Shown one piece after another: positions 26,342-36,730 of a DNA stretch of 64,000 bases. How positions within the stretch are numbered: position 1 is the stretch's first letter; each line of letters begins with the position of its first letter. A program made the position numbers and the translations under genes. Under the pieces are notes generated by a model. That model saw nothing but the letters and a program-made list of their open reading frames with translations, was not told where the DNA came from and ran no database searches. Source of the DNA: a virus; the IMG/VR virus record IMGVR_UViG_3300045988_035487, positions 1-64,000 of that record. One strand, 5' to 3'.

Positions 26342-26550
26342 TTGTAATATTAATAGTACTTGCACTATATGGTGTATCTTACTTATTAGACATTGTACTA
26401 AACTACATGCTTGCATATTATGACCTAGATGAAGAATACTTCTGGGAAGTTGTAGAAGAAGATGTAGGTTGGTGGATGACATGTCCAGTCATATCACCAT
26501 TCGTATACTTATGGCTAATAGGTAAGGTATTAGAAGAACAATCAGATTAA
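26338..26550 (+). CDS. small membrane protein
   Basis: 70-aa ORF with an N-terminal TM helix. Confidence 0.4.
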   Translation: MIVILIVLALYGVSYLLDIVLNYMLAYYDLDEEYFWEVVEEDVGWWMTCPVISPFVYLWLIGKVLEEQSD

Positions 26551-26579
26551 ACTAATACTAACTTTACGGATAATCAAGT

Positions 26580-26852
26580 ATGATTATTGAAGAAGCTGAC
26601 TTTAGAATGGAATCTATAGGTGACAATTTACACTTCTGGGACCTATCTGTACTAAAAACTATTAAATCCAAGGACGGAGAACGTCAGGAGTTTAAAGTTA
26701 TTGGTTATGGACTTCCCATATCTGCATGTCTTCAAAGAATAGCGGATTATAGAATAGAGTGTAAGCACCCAGATGCCATGTCTCTGAAAGAATATATTCA
26801 AGATTACAAACAAGAAGTAACTAGATTAGAAGAGTTAACTAAAGGAATTTAA
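26580..26852 (+). CDS. hypothetical protein
   Basis: 90-aa ORF. Confidence 0.45.
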   Translation: MIIEEADFRMESIGDNLHFWDLSVLKTIKSKDGERQEFKVIGYGLPISACLQRIADYRIECKHPDAMSLKEYIQDYKQEVTRLEELTKGI

Positions 26853-26855
26853 GCT

Positions 26856-27032
26856 ATGGCTTCACGTAAGAAAGGTACGGCACCTCATAAGCCGAAGAAG
26901 GTGTATGAATCTGTTAAGTTAATGAATTGTGCAAGGTGTGGTAGGGATACTACTCACACGCTGTTCGATTATGACAACAGGCTTTACAAATGTAATGTCT
27001 GTGGGACAGTTTATACTAAACGTGATAAATAA
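26856..27032 (+). CDS. small zinc-ribbon protein (CxxC...CxxC)
   Basis: 58-aa ORF MASRKKGTAPHKPKK...CARCG...CNVCG. Not in the supplied track because it is under 60 aa. Confidence 0.4.
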   Translation: MASRKKGTAPHKPKKVYESVKLMNCARCGRDTTHTLFDYDNRLYKCNVCGTVYTKRDK

Positions 27033-27062
27033 CTAATATTTAACTCATTAAACTTATCAGTA

Positions 27063-27521
27063 ATGAAGAAGGAAACTATCAAAGAGACTCCAGAGGAGAG
27101 ATTCAAAAGACTAAGAATCAAGGATTTGACCGATGATGCTTTCATGGTGGCAGAGCATTTAAGACAGCCATCTGTAACACCACGTGACCCAAGTGTGTGG
27201 AGTAAAACTCCTAAAGAACGTAAGTTGTGGAAACGCTATAGACGATTCCCTGCCCCAAGCTATCAATGGCCGGCTCCTGCCAAATCTATTCCTATTCCTG
27301 GAACTCTGGTCGTGTATGTAAAGGGTGGTAACTTTACTACTGGTAAAATGAATCCAAAGACCAACAAACCTATACCAAAGAACACATTTAGCCATAAATG
27401 TATTCAATCTGACATCCCTTTCTTATTAAGTAAATATAAGACAGAGAAGTCCCAGGTTACTAAATATTCTTGGAATGGCAAAACCTACGCCCCCGACTGT
27501 CTACCATTCTGGGGACGTTAA
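27063..27521 (+). CDS. hypothetical protein
   Basis: 152-aa ORF, basic. Confidence 0.5.
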   Translation: MKKETIKETPEERFKRLRIKDLTDDAFMVAEHLRQPSVTPRDPSVWSKTPKERKLWKRYRRFPAPSYQWPAPAKSIPIPGTLVVYVKGGNFTTGKMNPKTNKPIPKNTFSHKCIQSDIPFLLSKYKTEKSQVTKYSWNGKTYAPDCLPFWGR

Positions 27522-27819
27522 ACTAACAGTGTATCCTTCCTTTCTATATGAAGTACAACTATACCTCATTAGGAAGGATAGGGTAGAATGTGTAGGTTCT
27601 AAGTTCTATACTACTGATAAGCCTATTAAGGTAAGGGAATCGCAGTTTATTAAAGTCGACGATGAGATTACATGTGCTAAGTATATTACTTGGCTAGCAG
27701 CTCCCCTAGATTATTTAATGAACAACAATTTTAAAGTGTTAGAACGTGAGAATGCTAGACAAAGACGGAAATCCAATACAGGAGAAGACAAGCGAAGGAG
27801 TTCAAACCGTAGGCGCTGA
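27475..27819 (+). CDS. hypothetical protein
   Basis: 114-aa ORF overlapping both neighbours. Uncertain. Confidence 0.3.
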   Translation: MAKPTPPTVYHSGDVKLTVYPSFLYEVQLYLIRKDRVECVGSKFYTTDKPIKVRESQFIKVDDEITCAKYITWLAAPLDYLMNNNFKVLERENARQRRKSNTGEDKRRSSNRRR

Positions 27820-27826
27820 ACCTACT

Positions 27827-28387
27827 ATGAAGTATACGGAGCAGGTGATTGATAAGTCTAGACGTGTTTGTCCACTATCAACTGTAATGGTTGAGATGTT
27901 GGTAAAACAGATGTCAGCCGAACTTGCCAACCATGCTCTGTATATGACCTTTGCCAATTACTTTGAAGTAGAAGGGTTACCAAAGCTAGGTATTTACTGG
28001 AGAGGTCGTGCTAGGGAAGAATATTTGCATCATTCTTGGATATTTGAATATCTAACCACTAACGATGCTCTATTCCAATATCCGCCTGTTCCAGCCATTA
28101 ATGTTGAAATCACTGACAGAATCATGCCCTTTGCTGCTACAGTAGATAGGGAGATTGAGACTACTCGTGGTATTAATAAGATTGTAGACCAGGCTCAGAA
28201 AGAAAGTGATTGGGCTACATTCCAATGGTTGAATGGAGAGGATGAGGATGAAGGTATGTTAGTTAAAGAGCAAGTAGAAGAAGAATCTATTAGCCGTACT
28301 ATTCTTGATATGGCTAGAGAGCAGGCTACTTGGCTTCGTAAAGAGAATGCAATACTTGATTTCTATAATGGTCTAGGTCGCAAGTAA
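27827..28387 (+). CDS. ferritin-like diiron protein
   Basis: Ferritin-like helices with E...E..H motifs (ELANHALYMTFANYF, GRAREEYLHHSWIFEYL, KEQVEEE). Start is taken at the internal ATG at 27827. Confidence 0.5.
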   Translation: MKYTEQVIDKSRRVCPLSTVMVEMLVKQMSAELANHALYMTFANYFEVEGLPKLGIYWRGRAREEYLHHSWIFEYLTTNDALFQYPPVPAINVEITDRIMPFAATVDREIETTRGINKIVDQAQKESDWATFQWLNGEDEDEGMLVKEQVEEESISRTILDMAREQATWLRKENAILDFYNGLGRK

Positions 28388-28451
28388 TTGCCTAAAATCA
28401 GATTAACTTATCTAAAGAGATTACATTTAGAAACATTTAATCTACAAGTTT

Positions 28452-28979
28452 ATGAAAGAAAGAGTTGAGTATAGAGTTGACAGTTTTGTTGATTTTACTG
28501 GCATGGAACGTAAGTTCGTAATGGTTGCATTGTCACAGGAAGTATGTGCTGAAATTGACCCAGATACAGAGAACTGGGATGAAGATGCACTCTTAAGTGA
28601 TAAATGTCTGTCCATTGGCGTGTCTGTATGTCAACCAGAAGATGAGTTTGATGAGAATATGGGAGTTCAAATAGCTCTTGGTAAGGCTCGTAAACTGCAT
28701 AATCATGCTCTATACAGCACTGACCCCGGATTGATTAACCGTGGTGTAGTTAATGCTCTTCTTGACCAGGAAGTAGCATTCTTCAAACAATGTCCTGGCA
28801 AGTATCTGAAAGGATATGATACAGCTAAGGCTATCTATGAAGAAGGACATAAAATGGTCGAACTAGAAGCATCACTATCTGATGAAGAACGTACATGCTT
28901 GGATACCTTATTAACTTCTAAGAATGATAGAGTGGATGTTATCTATGATATCTATAACTACTATCAGTCTCAGAAATGA
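28452..28979 (+). CDS. hypothetical protein
   Basis: 175-aa ORF. Confidence 0.5.
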   Translation: MKERVEYRVDSFVDFTGMERKFVMVALSQEVCAEIDPDTENWDEDALLSDKCLSIGVSVCQPEDEFDENMGVQIALGKARKLHNHALYSTDPGLINRGVVNALLDQEVAFFKQCPGKYLKGYDTAKAIYEEGHKMVELEASLSDEERTCLDTLLTSKNDRVDVIYDIYNYYQSQK

Positions 28980-29293
28980 AATTTAAGGATGCTTTCGTTG
29001 GAGGTGTGATTGCTGCTGCTATATGCCTTGGTATAGCATGGGCTTGCAAGGATAGAAACACAGTAGTTATTCCTGACAACACTAAATATGAGCAGGCTAT
29101 AGACTCGCTTAATAAGGAAGTAAGGAAGTTAGAAATTACTAACGACAGTCTAATTAGTGTCATTACCAATTCTAAAGGTAAGATAGACACTATTAATAAT
29201 TGGTATGAAAAGGAGCTTATTGATATTACTAATCAGTCTATTGCCGCTGATGCATCTTTCTTCGCAGAATATGTATCCCAAGCTAATAAATGA
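28976..29293 (+). CDS. membrane-anchored coiled-coil protein
   Basis: N-terminal TM helix VGGVIAAAICLGIAWA, then a coiled coil. Confidence 0.45.
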   Translation: MKFKDAFVGGVIAAAICLGIAWACKDRNTVVIPDNTKYEQAIDSLNKEVRKLEITNDSLISVITNSKGKIDTINNWYEKELIDITNQSIAADASFFAEYVSQANK

Positions 29294-29618
29294 CTCATTG
29301 GTTGTGATTACTCCACAGCAATTAAAGGCTAGTAACCTTATATTTCTGGAGCATAAGAAGCTTAAGCTGGAGAGGTTTGAACTCAATAAACAGCTTGCAT
29401 CTTATGAATTACTAACTGCTAACTATGCTAAAACTGATAGTATAAGACTTCAACAACTAGCACGAGCAGAATTGCAGATGCAGATGTATGATGAAGCTAT
29501 TAGTAAGCAACAGGAGAAGATAGCTAAGATGAACAAAAAGAACAAGAGATTAACTACATTGTCAATAGGAGGATTTGCTATTAGTGTGGGCTTGCTATTA
29601 GCCTTACTAATTAAATAG
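29205..29618 (+). CDS. signal-peptide protein with coiled coil and C-terminal TM anchor
   Basis: Begins MKRSLLILLISLLPLMHLSS. C-terminal helix LSIGGFAISVGLLLALLIK. Overlaps the previous ORF, so the start is uncertain. Confidence 0.4.
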   Translation: MKRSLLILLISLLPLMHLSSQNMYPKLINDSLVVITPQQLKASNLIFLEHKKLKLERFELNKQLASYELLTANYAKTDSIRLQQLARAELQMQMYDEAISKQQEKIAKMNKKNKRLTTLSIGGFAISVGLLLALLIK

Positions 29619-29647
29619 CAGATTCTTGGCAAACTACTATTCGAAAC

Positions 29648-29854
29648 ATGGCGAACAAACTATCTGACAGTTTTGATAAGGACAGAGATGGAGTAAAGTA
29701 CAAATACCCCGAGAGAACTTGCAAAGACTGTTCTAGATATCCCTGTTTCAGAGGTATTGAGCGCAGTGTTTGTGATTTCGCCAAGTATGGTTGTGTGCAT
29801 TATAAAGACGGTGGGGTTAATAAACGACAAAATGAGCTGGTGGGCTCGGAATGA
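29648..29854 (+). CDS. small Cys-rich protein
   Basis: 68-aa ORF. Confidence 0.4.
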   Translation: MANKLSDSFDKDRDGVKYKYPERTCKDCSRYPCFRGIERSVCDFAKYGCVHYKDGGVNKRQNELVGSE

Positions 29855-30156
29855 TGATTCAATATACCATACGCGTTGAATTACTAGCTAGTAAGGAAGA
29901 TGCTGGTGGTTATATAGTCTATGCATTCAAAGATTTGTCAAACGGCACATATAAAATGTGTACCCGATGTCCTAACTGGGAAGGTCCATTCTTAAGAGTT
30001 GGTGACATCGGGTATTTGAAATGTAAGGAAGTATATGCAGGGGAAGACACATGGTATAATCCCATCACTGACTCCTTTGAGAAGTATAAATATACCGATA
30101 TATATTTCGAAGACTTTGTTTATGAGAAACCACCAGAAGGTGAGATTATACTGTAA
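29851..30156 (+). CDS. hypothetical protein
   Basis: 101-aa ORF. Confidence 0.45.
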   Translation: MMIQYTIRVELLASKEDAGGYIVYAFKDLSNGTYKMCTRCPNWEGPFLRVGDIGYLKCKEVYAGEDTWYNPITDSFEKYKYTDIYFEDFVYEKPPEGEIIL

Positions 30157-30212
30157 AAGATTATCTAAATTAACGAGATTAGACCATTATCTAAAATTAA
30201 TATGATATATCT

Positions 30213-31055
30213 ATGTTCAGAGAGAAATTGGCATCAGCTATCGATAGAAAGAATAATGACATCAACTCTTTCATTTGGAAGGGTCGTAAGCAAGAAGTAA
30301 ATGGAGTTCTAGTACAAGAGGAGAAACGCTTGGTTGATTGTACTGAAGAAGAACTTCGTGGTTTCTATGCTCATTGTGATTCTATGCTCTATAATACTAA
30401 CAAGGACTATCCTGGTCGTTATGTTCTATTGGACATTATTAAAGACCAGCGTCAGCGTTGTAACGCAGAATTGTTCTTGCGCTGGTTAGAACAGGAGCAG
30501 CATATGCCAAGGTTTAAGTTCCTAGAGGCGTTAGTCTCTTTCTTGGATATTAATAAGGACGGTATAGACCCGAAAGAGTATCCAATTGAAGGAACTATGT
30601 GCGGCTGTCCTAAAGAGTTTGGAGATATTCCAACAGAGACAGTACGCGAAGGTTGTTTGGACAGACTGGGAAAGTTCAACAAACAACACATTACTCTTAC
30701 ATTTATTCTCAAGCAAGGTCTATGGTTCACTGCTCAAGAGAGCAAGGACTTAGTGGAGAAAGACCCTAAGACAGGTCAGATAAGAGATAAGATTGAAGTG
30801 GCGAAGGAAAGACTAGGTCTGAAGCCCACAATGCCTCTTTATGTTACTCCTAAAGGACTTAGCTATTCACAGCTTCGTTCTATGGTTAATTTGAAGAGTA
30901 AGAAGTATACAGAACTAACTACTGACCAATTAAAGGTTCTTAGAAATAGAATCTTGTATTCTTTGGAAGATGAAGTGAAGTTCCATATATCTCAGTGGGA
31001 AACTCGCAAGAACCAAATTAAATTAGTATGTGATGCTAAAGGCTATACTTTATAA
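30213..31055 (+). CDS. hypothetical protein
   Basis: 280-aa ORF. Confidence 0.5.
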   Translation: MFREKLASAIDRKNNDINSFIWKGRKQEVNGVLVQEEKRLVDCTEEELRGFYAHCDSMLYNTNKDYPGRYVLLDIIKDQRQRCNAELFLRWLEQEQHMPRFKFLEALVSFLDINKDGIDPKEYPIEGTMCGCPKEFGDIPTETVREGCLDRLGKFNKQHITLTFILKQGLWFTAQESKDLVEKDPKTGQIRDKIEVAKERLGLKPTMPLYVTPKGLSYSQLRSMVNLKSKKYTELTTDQLKVLRNRILYSLEDEVKFHISQWETRKNQIKLVCDAKGYTL

Positions 31056-31208
31056 TGTACTCTGGATGCTGACCACAGTTAATCCAGATTACTATGTAGT
31101 AGGTATAAGCTACTTAACGTAACTTGTGAGAATTTACTAATATTAAATAACAGGGTTCAAGGTAATAGATTCAAATGAGTTATTAATTAAGGGCTTAGCC
31201 TATAACAA

Positions 31209-32483
31209 GTGGCAGACTTATTCGGAAACGTAAGCAGAGATGAACGCCAAGCAATTGGTGTTCAACGTTGGGTAGATAATAAGTTGCGTGGTTCTTTAGT
31301 CTATTGTACCGGTTTCGGTAAGACTAGAACTGCCATTATGTGTATGAAAAGATTCTTGGCTAAGAATCCTGGTAGAAGAATTATAATAGTAGTACCTACT
31401 GATGCACTACAGAGACAATGGCTTAGTGATTTAACAGAGCAGCAAGTCCCAATGGTGTACGAGGTACTAATAATAAACTCTGTTGTGAAACATGAGTGGA
31501 CATGTGATTTGCTAGTACTTGACGAATGTCATAAGTATGCTTCTGATTTATTTGGAAAGGTATTTGAAGTAGTCAAGTATAAAATAATTTTAGGCTTAAC
31601 TGCAACTATGGAACGACTAGACGGTAAGGATAGCTATATCAAGAAGTATTGTCCAGTAGTTGATAGAGTAGATGTTAGTGAAGCTACTGCTAGAGGCTGG
31701 CTATCTCCCTATAGGGAATATAAGGTTATGGTAGAAGTAGACAATCTAGACAAATACTATGAGTTAAACAGAGAGTTCTATGAGCATTTCGCATTCTTTG
31801 GTCATGACTTTACACTTGCTATGGCTTGTGCTACTAAATGGCAGAAGAGAATTGAGCTAGCTAAAACTATGCTTCCCGACTTTGACAAGAAACCAGATGA
31901 ATGGAAAGCTCTTAATAAGACCATTCTAATTCATGCTATGGGTTTCAATAGGACTTTGCAAGCAAGGAAGAAGTTCATTTATGAGCATCCTAAAAAGATA
32001 GAACTTACAAATATGATACTTGAGCATAGGCAAGACAAGAAATGTATTACTTTTAGTAAGACAATCAAAATTGCTGAACAAATCAAGTATGGTAAGGTAC
32101 TATCTAGTAAAGAAACTAAGAAGAAGGGAAGGATGACTTTAGAGGAGTTTAAATCAGCATCTGTGGGGGTACTTAATACTTCTAAGATGTTAGATGAAGG
32201 AGCTGACATACCAGGACTGTCAGTAGCCGTTATTCTTGGATATGATTCCAGTCCTACGTCTAAAACGCAAAGAATAGGTAGAGTTATTAGAAAGGCAGAG
32301 AATAAAGTAGCGGAAGTCTTTACTTTAGTAATCAAGGGAACTGTTGAAGAAGAATGGTTTCGCAAGAGTACTGGTAGTAAGGATTATATCACTATAGCCG
32401 ATTCTGATTTATTAAATCTACTAGAAGGGCGAGAATTTACTCCTAAGAAGAACAAAGAAACTAAAATGATATTTAGGTTCTAA
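31209..32483 (+). CDS. superfamily 2 DEAD/DEAH-box helicase (UvsW/Res-subunit-like)
   Basis: Motif I CTGFGKTRTA. Motif II LLVLDECHKY. Motifs III and VI TAT...QRIGRVIR. Apparent GTG start. Confidence 0.7.
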   Translation: MADLFGNVSRDERQAIGVQRWVDNKLRGSLVYCTGFGKTRTAIMCMKRFLAKNPGRRIIIVVPTDALQRQWLSDLTEQQVPMVYEVLIINSVVKHEWTCDLLVLDECHKYASDLFGKVFEVVKYKIILGLTATMERLDGKDSYIKKYCPVVDRVDVSEATARGWLSPYREYKVMVEVDNLDKYYELNREFYEHFAFFGHDFTLAMACATKWQKRIELAKTMLPDFDKKPDEWKALNKTILIHAMGFNRTLQARKKFIYEHPKKIELTNMILEHRQDKKCITFSKTIKIAEQIKYGKVLSSKETKKKGRMTLEEFKSASVGVLNTSKMLDEGADIPGLSVAVILGYDSSPTSKTQRIGRVIRKAENKVAEVFTLVIKGTVEEEWFRKSTGSKDYITIADSDLLNLLEGREFTPKKNKETKMIFRF

Positions 32484-32683
32484 TGTTTAGAGTGTTATAT
32501 TGCAACATAGGTGCTGAAGGGCAGCCTGATAGAACTTCGACAGTATCTACTGATGTTGATGCTGTCAAGCTATTAGAGCTGTTAGAGAAGCATTCAGAGC
32601 GTCGTATTTGCATAATGTCTGTGCATTTGGAGCGTAGCCCTCTAGATGTGCAGAGTCTTATCACGAGCCTGAAATTTAAGTAG
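32483..32683 (+). CDS. hypothetical protein
   Basis: 66-aa ORF. Confidence 0.35.
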   Translation: MFRVLYCNIGAEGQPDRTSTVSTDVDAVKLLELLEKHSERRICIMSVHLERSPLDVQSLITSLKFK

Positions 32684-32689
32684 ATTCGT

Positions 32690-32720
32690 TTTGAAATGTA
32701 ACAAGATTATCGTATCTTTG
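32690..32720 (+). promoter_or_regulatory. Bacteroidota-type promoter (-33 TTTG ... 19 nt ... -7 TAtcTTTG)
   Basis: TTTG at 32690-32693 and TATCTTTG at 32713-32720, 24 nt upstream of the ATG at 32744. Confidence 0.5.
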
Positions 32721-32743
32721 TAATCCTTAACGGTCAAAATTAC

Positions 32744-32968
32744 ATGACAACTGAAAGATTGCTTGAACTTGTGATGCTTACTAACACGTTTGATAGTATC
32801 ATTCATGCTAGTGGTGTCAACGAAAACGGTGAAATTGAATTTGAAGGTGGAATCTATGACGTCAAAGCTATGGTAGCAAGGCAGACAGAACTCTTTAAAG
32901 AGTTTATAGCTCCTTACGAAGTAGCAGGCGAAGCTTATGTGATTGAGGACACTGAGAAATCAGAATAA
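32744..32968 (+). CDS. hypothetical protein
   Basis: 74-aa ORF downstream of the promoter motif. Confidence 0.45.
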   Translation: MTTERLLELVMLTNTFDSIIHASGVNENGEIEFEGGIYDVKAMVARQTELFKEFIAPYEVAGEAYVIEDTEKSE

Positions 32969-33021
32969 CAAAGTATCACAGCTGATAGATTAGTAAGTTA
33001 TTTACTTATTAATCAGTACGC

Positions 33022-33645
33022 TTGGAGAAATTAAGTTTAACAATAGAGAATCAGTTGTTAATAATGGAGCAGTATAGGCTTACTGCTGAGGAGTTATTAA
33101 TGATTGAGTTGCTATTTTTGGCACAACCAGAAGAGGGACATAAAGACTCCCTCATCCGATATCTGGGAATGCCAATAACTAAAACCCGCCTTAGAGATGT
33201 ACTATTAAGTCTACAGGCGAAGGGAGTCATTACTAAGAAGTATAAAATTCCCGCAGAGGGTCAGACGTTTGACCCTGAATCTGTAATCTTTAATGAAAAC
33301 TTCATTAAGAATTATAGAAAGTATTCCGGAGACCTGGGAGGAGAGTTCTGGGAAGCATACCCAGATATTGTCATTATTAATGGTAGGGAGTATAGTTTAA
33401 AGAACTGGTCTAAGAAGTTTAACACTTTAGAAGACATGTTCTTTAGATATGGCAAGAATATAGGGTGGAAACTTGAGAATCATAAAAGAGTGATAGAGTT
33501 AGTCAATTGGGCTAAGCAGAATAAATGTAATCTGATAAATGTCAACATTGCTGACTTTATAATGTCTAAGGCTTGGGAAAGCATCGAGAAGTTTAAAGAT
33601 GGAACATATGAAGAATTAGTATTTGATACTATGACGGAACTATGA
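33022..33645 (+). CDS. hypothetical protein
   Basis: 207-aa ORF. Confidence 0.5.
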   Translation: MEKLSLTIENQLLIMEQYRLTAEELLMIELLFLAQPEEGHKDSLIRYLGMPITKTRLRDVLLSLQAKGVITKKYKIPAEGQTFDPESVIFNENFIKNYRKYSGDLGGEFWEAYPDIVIINGREYSLKNWSKKFNTLEDMFFRYGKNIGWKLENHKRVIELVNWAKQNKCNLINVNIADFIMSKAWESIEKFKDGTYEELVFDTMTEL

Positions 33646-34733
33646 CATATACTAGCAGACTAATCGAACTTATCAAAAGAGGTAGAGAAGGTGACAATCA
33701 AGGATTATCACTGGGAATGCCTAAGCTGGAGCATATAATTGACGGATTAACTCAAGAGACCTATTACCTAATTGCCGCAGGAACTGGTAATGGTAAAACT
33801 AGTTTCGTGCTTCACTCCTTTATATATAAGGCTCTGCTGGACTCTGATTCTGATAAGGATGTTCAGTTTATTATATTCTCTTTGGAGATGAGTGCCGAGC
33901 AGTTACTTGCTAAATTGCTCTCTCTTCATATATATGAGACTTATGGTAAACAAATATCTTTTAAAGAATTATTGTCTAGAGGCAAGGACTCCACACTCTC
34001 TGATGAGGATTATGAGTTAGTACAGGAATGTATTCCATGGCTAGAATCTATAGAGGATAGACTAATAATACATGACGGCACTCTTAATTCAGAGAAGTAT
34101 AAGTCTCTAATCATAGAGGATTTAAAGAAATTTGGAACCTTTGTTGATGAAGATACTTATGAACTTAATAATCCGAAACAAATTATCGCAGTAATTACTG
34201 ACCACTTAGGTCTAGTAAGACCGCAGTTAGGTCGGAGCAAGAAGGAGGAGATTGATACCATATCAGCATATGGTGTCTCATTTAGAAATAAATGTAAGAT
34301 ATCTCCAATCAATATTATGCAGTTCAATAGAAATGCTAATAATGCAGAACGACTAAAACAAGGCTTGCAAGAACCTGATTTGTCAGATTTAAAAGAGAGT
34401 GGTTCTCCGAGTGAAGATGCCAATGTAGTATTGGTATTATTTAATCCATTTAGAAGCAAATTGTCTACATATAGAGGATATTGCATTAAAGAGCTAAAGG
34501 ATGGTTTCAGGTCATTATTGGTTCTTAAGAATAGATTTGGTGCGTCTGATGTAGCCATTGGTGTAGGATTTTATGGTAGATGCGGTATCTTTAAAGAGCT
34601 TCCGTCTGCATCCGAAATCAATGATTATGACAAGTATAAGAATCCAGATTGGACTATTATTGATTTCCCAGACAGGGAAGTCGAGATAGAACGAACTAAG
34701 AAAGATGATTTACGCGTAACCATAACATTATGA
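33642..34733 (+). CDS. DnaB-like replicative helicase (RecA-fold)
   Basis: GLSLGMPKLEHIIDGLTQETYYLIAAGTGNGKTSFVLH matches DnaB motifs H1/Walker A. Walker B IAVITDHLGLV. Confidence 0.65.
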   Translation: MTYTSRLIELIKRGREGDNQGLSLGMPKLEHIIDGLTQETYYLIAAGTGNGKTSFVLHSFIYKALLDSDSDKDVQFIIFSLEMSAEQLLAKLLSLHIYETYGKQISFKELLSRGKDSTLSDEDYELVQECIPWLESIEDRLIIHDGTLNSEKYKSLIIEDLKKFGTFVDEDTYELNNPKQIIAVITDHLGLVRPQLGRSKKEEIDTISAYGVSFRNKCKISPINIMQFNRNANNAERLKQGLQEPDLSDLKESGSPSEDANVVLVLFNPFRSKLSTYRGYCIKELKDGFRSLLVLKNRFGASDVAIGVGFYGRCGIFKELPSASEINDYDKYKNPDWTIIDFPDREVEIERTKKDDLRVTITL

Positions 34734-34737
34734 TTTA

Positions 34738-35430
34738 ATGAGCCAAATTATAGGACTTGGAGGATTTTCGGGAAGTGGTAAGTCTAGTTCCCTACAGTAT
34801 TTAAACCCAAAGGAGACATTTATCATTAGCTGTACTCCTAAACAATTATCAATTCCAGGATTTAGGAAGAATTACAAGAAGCTAACTCAGGACAAAGACA
34901 AGAACTATGTCGGAAATTGGTATTTCAGTAATGAATTTGCCAAAGTGATGAACATCATGAATGTAGTTAATGTTAAAATGCCGGAGATTAAGGTCTTAGT
35001 AATTGATGATAGTAATTATCTTCTTTCACAAGAGGTGATGTCTAGAAGTGCAGAGAAAGGATATGACAAGCATATTGACTTTGCAAAGCACTATTATGAT
35101 TTAATAATGAAAGCTATGACTCTTAGAGAGGATTTAATTGTAGTGTTCATATCTCATATTGTAAATGACGGTAACGACTATGACCCTAAATATAAGTTAT
35201 TTACTACTGGAAAGATGTTGGATAGGTCTGTTAATATAGATGGACTGTTTAATTATTTGCTGTATGCAGAGAAGATTGTAAATGATGAAGAGGTTGACTA
35301 TAAATTCAGAACAAGGTCACTTGGTCCAGATACTTGTAGAAGTACCGCAGGATGTTTCCCAGATTTATATGTTGAACCTAATATGAAGATGGTGATTGAC
35401 ACAATCAATAAATTTGAATACGGAGAATGA
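34738..35430 (+). CDS. P-loop ATPase (Sak4-like / RecA-superfamily phage ATPase)
   Basis: Walker A GLGGFSGSGKSS. Walker B KVLVIDDSNY. Confidence 0.55.
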   Translation: MSQIIGLGGFSGSGKSSSLQYLNPKETFIISCTPKQLSIPGFRKNYKKLTQDKDKNYVGNWYFSNEFAKVMNIMNVVNVKMPEIKVLVIDDSNYLLSQEVMSRSAEKGYDKHIDFAKHYYDLIMKAMTLREDLIVVFISHIVNDGNDYDPKYKLFTTGKMLDRSVNIDGLFNYLLYAEKIVNDEEVDYKFRTRSLGPDTCRSTAGCFPDLYVEPNMKMVIDTINKFEYGE

Positions 35431-35987
35431 TAGTTAAAATGCTGTTAACTTTGGACTTTGACCCAGCTACTGGAGAGTATAAATCTCTAAAGCAGGAGAT
35501 TGTCAAAGAGGAAGTAAAGACTAGAGCAGTCAAGGAAGAGGTTCCAGAAACATCTGAACCGCAAATTACCCTAGACCCTAACAAGTACATACTTAATAAA
35601 GCAGCTGCCCAATTAATGGGAGTTGCTTGGGAAGATAGACTCAGTATTAAATATCAGAAGATTGACGGAATCACTTTCCCCGTTATAGGAACTGATGAAG
35701 CCTTTGGAACTAAGGGTGGAAACAAACTTACTAAGAGTCTGTCTGTCAGCTGTAGAGGTAAAGCTAATGACATGCTACGTCAGTATGGCGATACATTTAC
35801 AGTAACTACGATGAAAGGTCAAGACGACCTCTTCGTATTAGTTGGTAATGCTGAAAGGCCGGAAGAGCCTGAAGTAGATAACATAGAGGTATTAGAAGAT
35901 GAAAGCGACAACATTGATTTGCCGTTAGACACAGAGATTGGAGATGAGTCAGCTAAAGAGATTGACCCATTAACTTTTGAACTTTAA
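35427..35987 (+). CDS. hypothetical protein with acidic C-terminus
   Basis: 186-aa ORF. Confidence 0.5.
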   Translation: MIVKMLLTLDFDPATGEYKSLKQEIVKEEVKTRAVKEEVPETSEPQITLDPNKYILNKAAAQLMGVAWEDRLSIKYQKIDGITFPVIGTDEAFGTKGGNKLTKSLSVSCRGKANDMLRQYGDTFTVTTMKGQDDLFVLVGNAERPEEPEVDNIEVLEDESDNIDLPLDTEIGDESAKEIDPLTFEL

Positions 35988-35999
35988 TACTTATAAACT

Positions 36000-36683
36000 A
36001 TGTCAATGAATTTCAACTTAACAAACACGAACGGTACATCATCTATTAAACCAAGACTGAAACCATGGGAAATCCACGATGTTATCTTCAAGGGAATAAC
36101 ATTTAATGAGTTTAAGGGTAAGAAAGACCCTGACGCAGTATATAAGACCATGAGAATTTCATTCGAGAATGAGAATGGTGTTTATGAAGAAACAGTATTC
36201 TGTCCTAAAGAGGGAGATGATGTAAGACAAGTAAGCTCTAATAATGGAGTTGAACGTGAAAGTCCGTCCAACTTTGAGAAGTTTAAATTTATGTTAGCTC
36301 ATATTGGAGAACAACTTGCTCCTAAGAAATATGAAGCATTTAAAACTAAAACTTTTGCCCTTCCGGAAGAGTTTGAGAAATTGGTAAAGACATTTGCCGA
36401 CATCACTAAGGATGCAGTTAATAAGCATACTAATCTGAAGCTGATTGCTAATAAGAAAGGCGAACCTTGTCTGCCTTATTTCGTCAATATCAGTAAAGCA
36501 GGTGATGCATATATCTCTAACAACTGGTTAGGAGACAAAGTATTCTTCTCTGACTATGAAATCAGTCAGATGAATAAACAGAAGAGTAACGGCCCTACTG
36601 ACATGCCTGGTACAAGTTCTGACGATTTTGCAGCATCTAATGATGCAGCCACAGATAACGCAGACCTTGACTTTGAAGTGTAA
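36000..36683 (+). CDS. hypothetical protein; possible ssDNA-binding protein
   Basis: Acidic C-terminal tail ...DNADLDFEV, as in phage SSBs. Position among replication genes. Weak. Confidence 0.3.
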   Translation: MSMNFNLTNTNGTSSIKPRLKPWEIHDVIFKGITFNEFKGKKDPDAVYKTMRISFENENGVYEETVFCPKEGDDVRQVSSNNGVERESPSNFEKFKFMLAHIGEQLAPKKYEAFKTKTFALPEEFEKLVKTFADITKDAVNKHTNLKLIANKKGEPCLPYFVNISKAGDAYISNNWLGDKVFFSDYEISQMNKQKSNGPTDMPGTSSDDFAASNDAATDNADLDFEV

Positions 36684-36730
36684 TAATTAATTAGTAAATT
36701 TGAGGTTCAAACATTAAACATTGAAATAAT

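Noticed and set aside
28976-29618. Spanin (i-spanin/o-spanin) lysis pair
   Set aside because: The N-terminal TM plus coiled coil of ORF 28976 resembles an i-spanin. The downstream signal-peptide protein lacks a lipobox cysteine, and no holin or endolysin lies nearby, so this is not supported.
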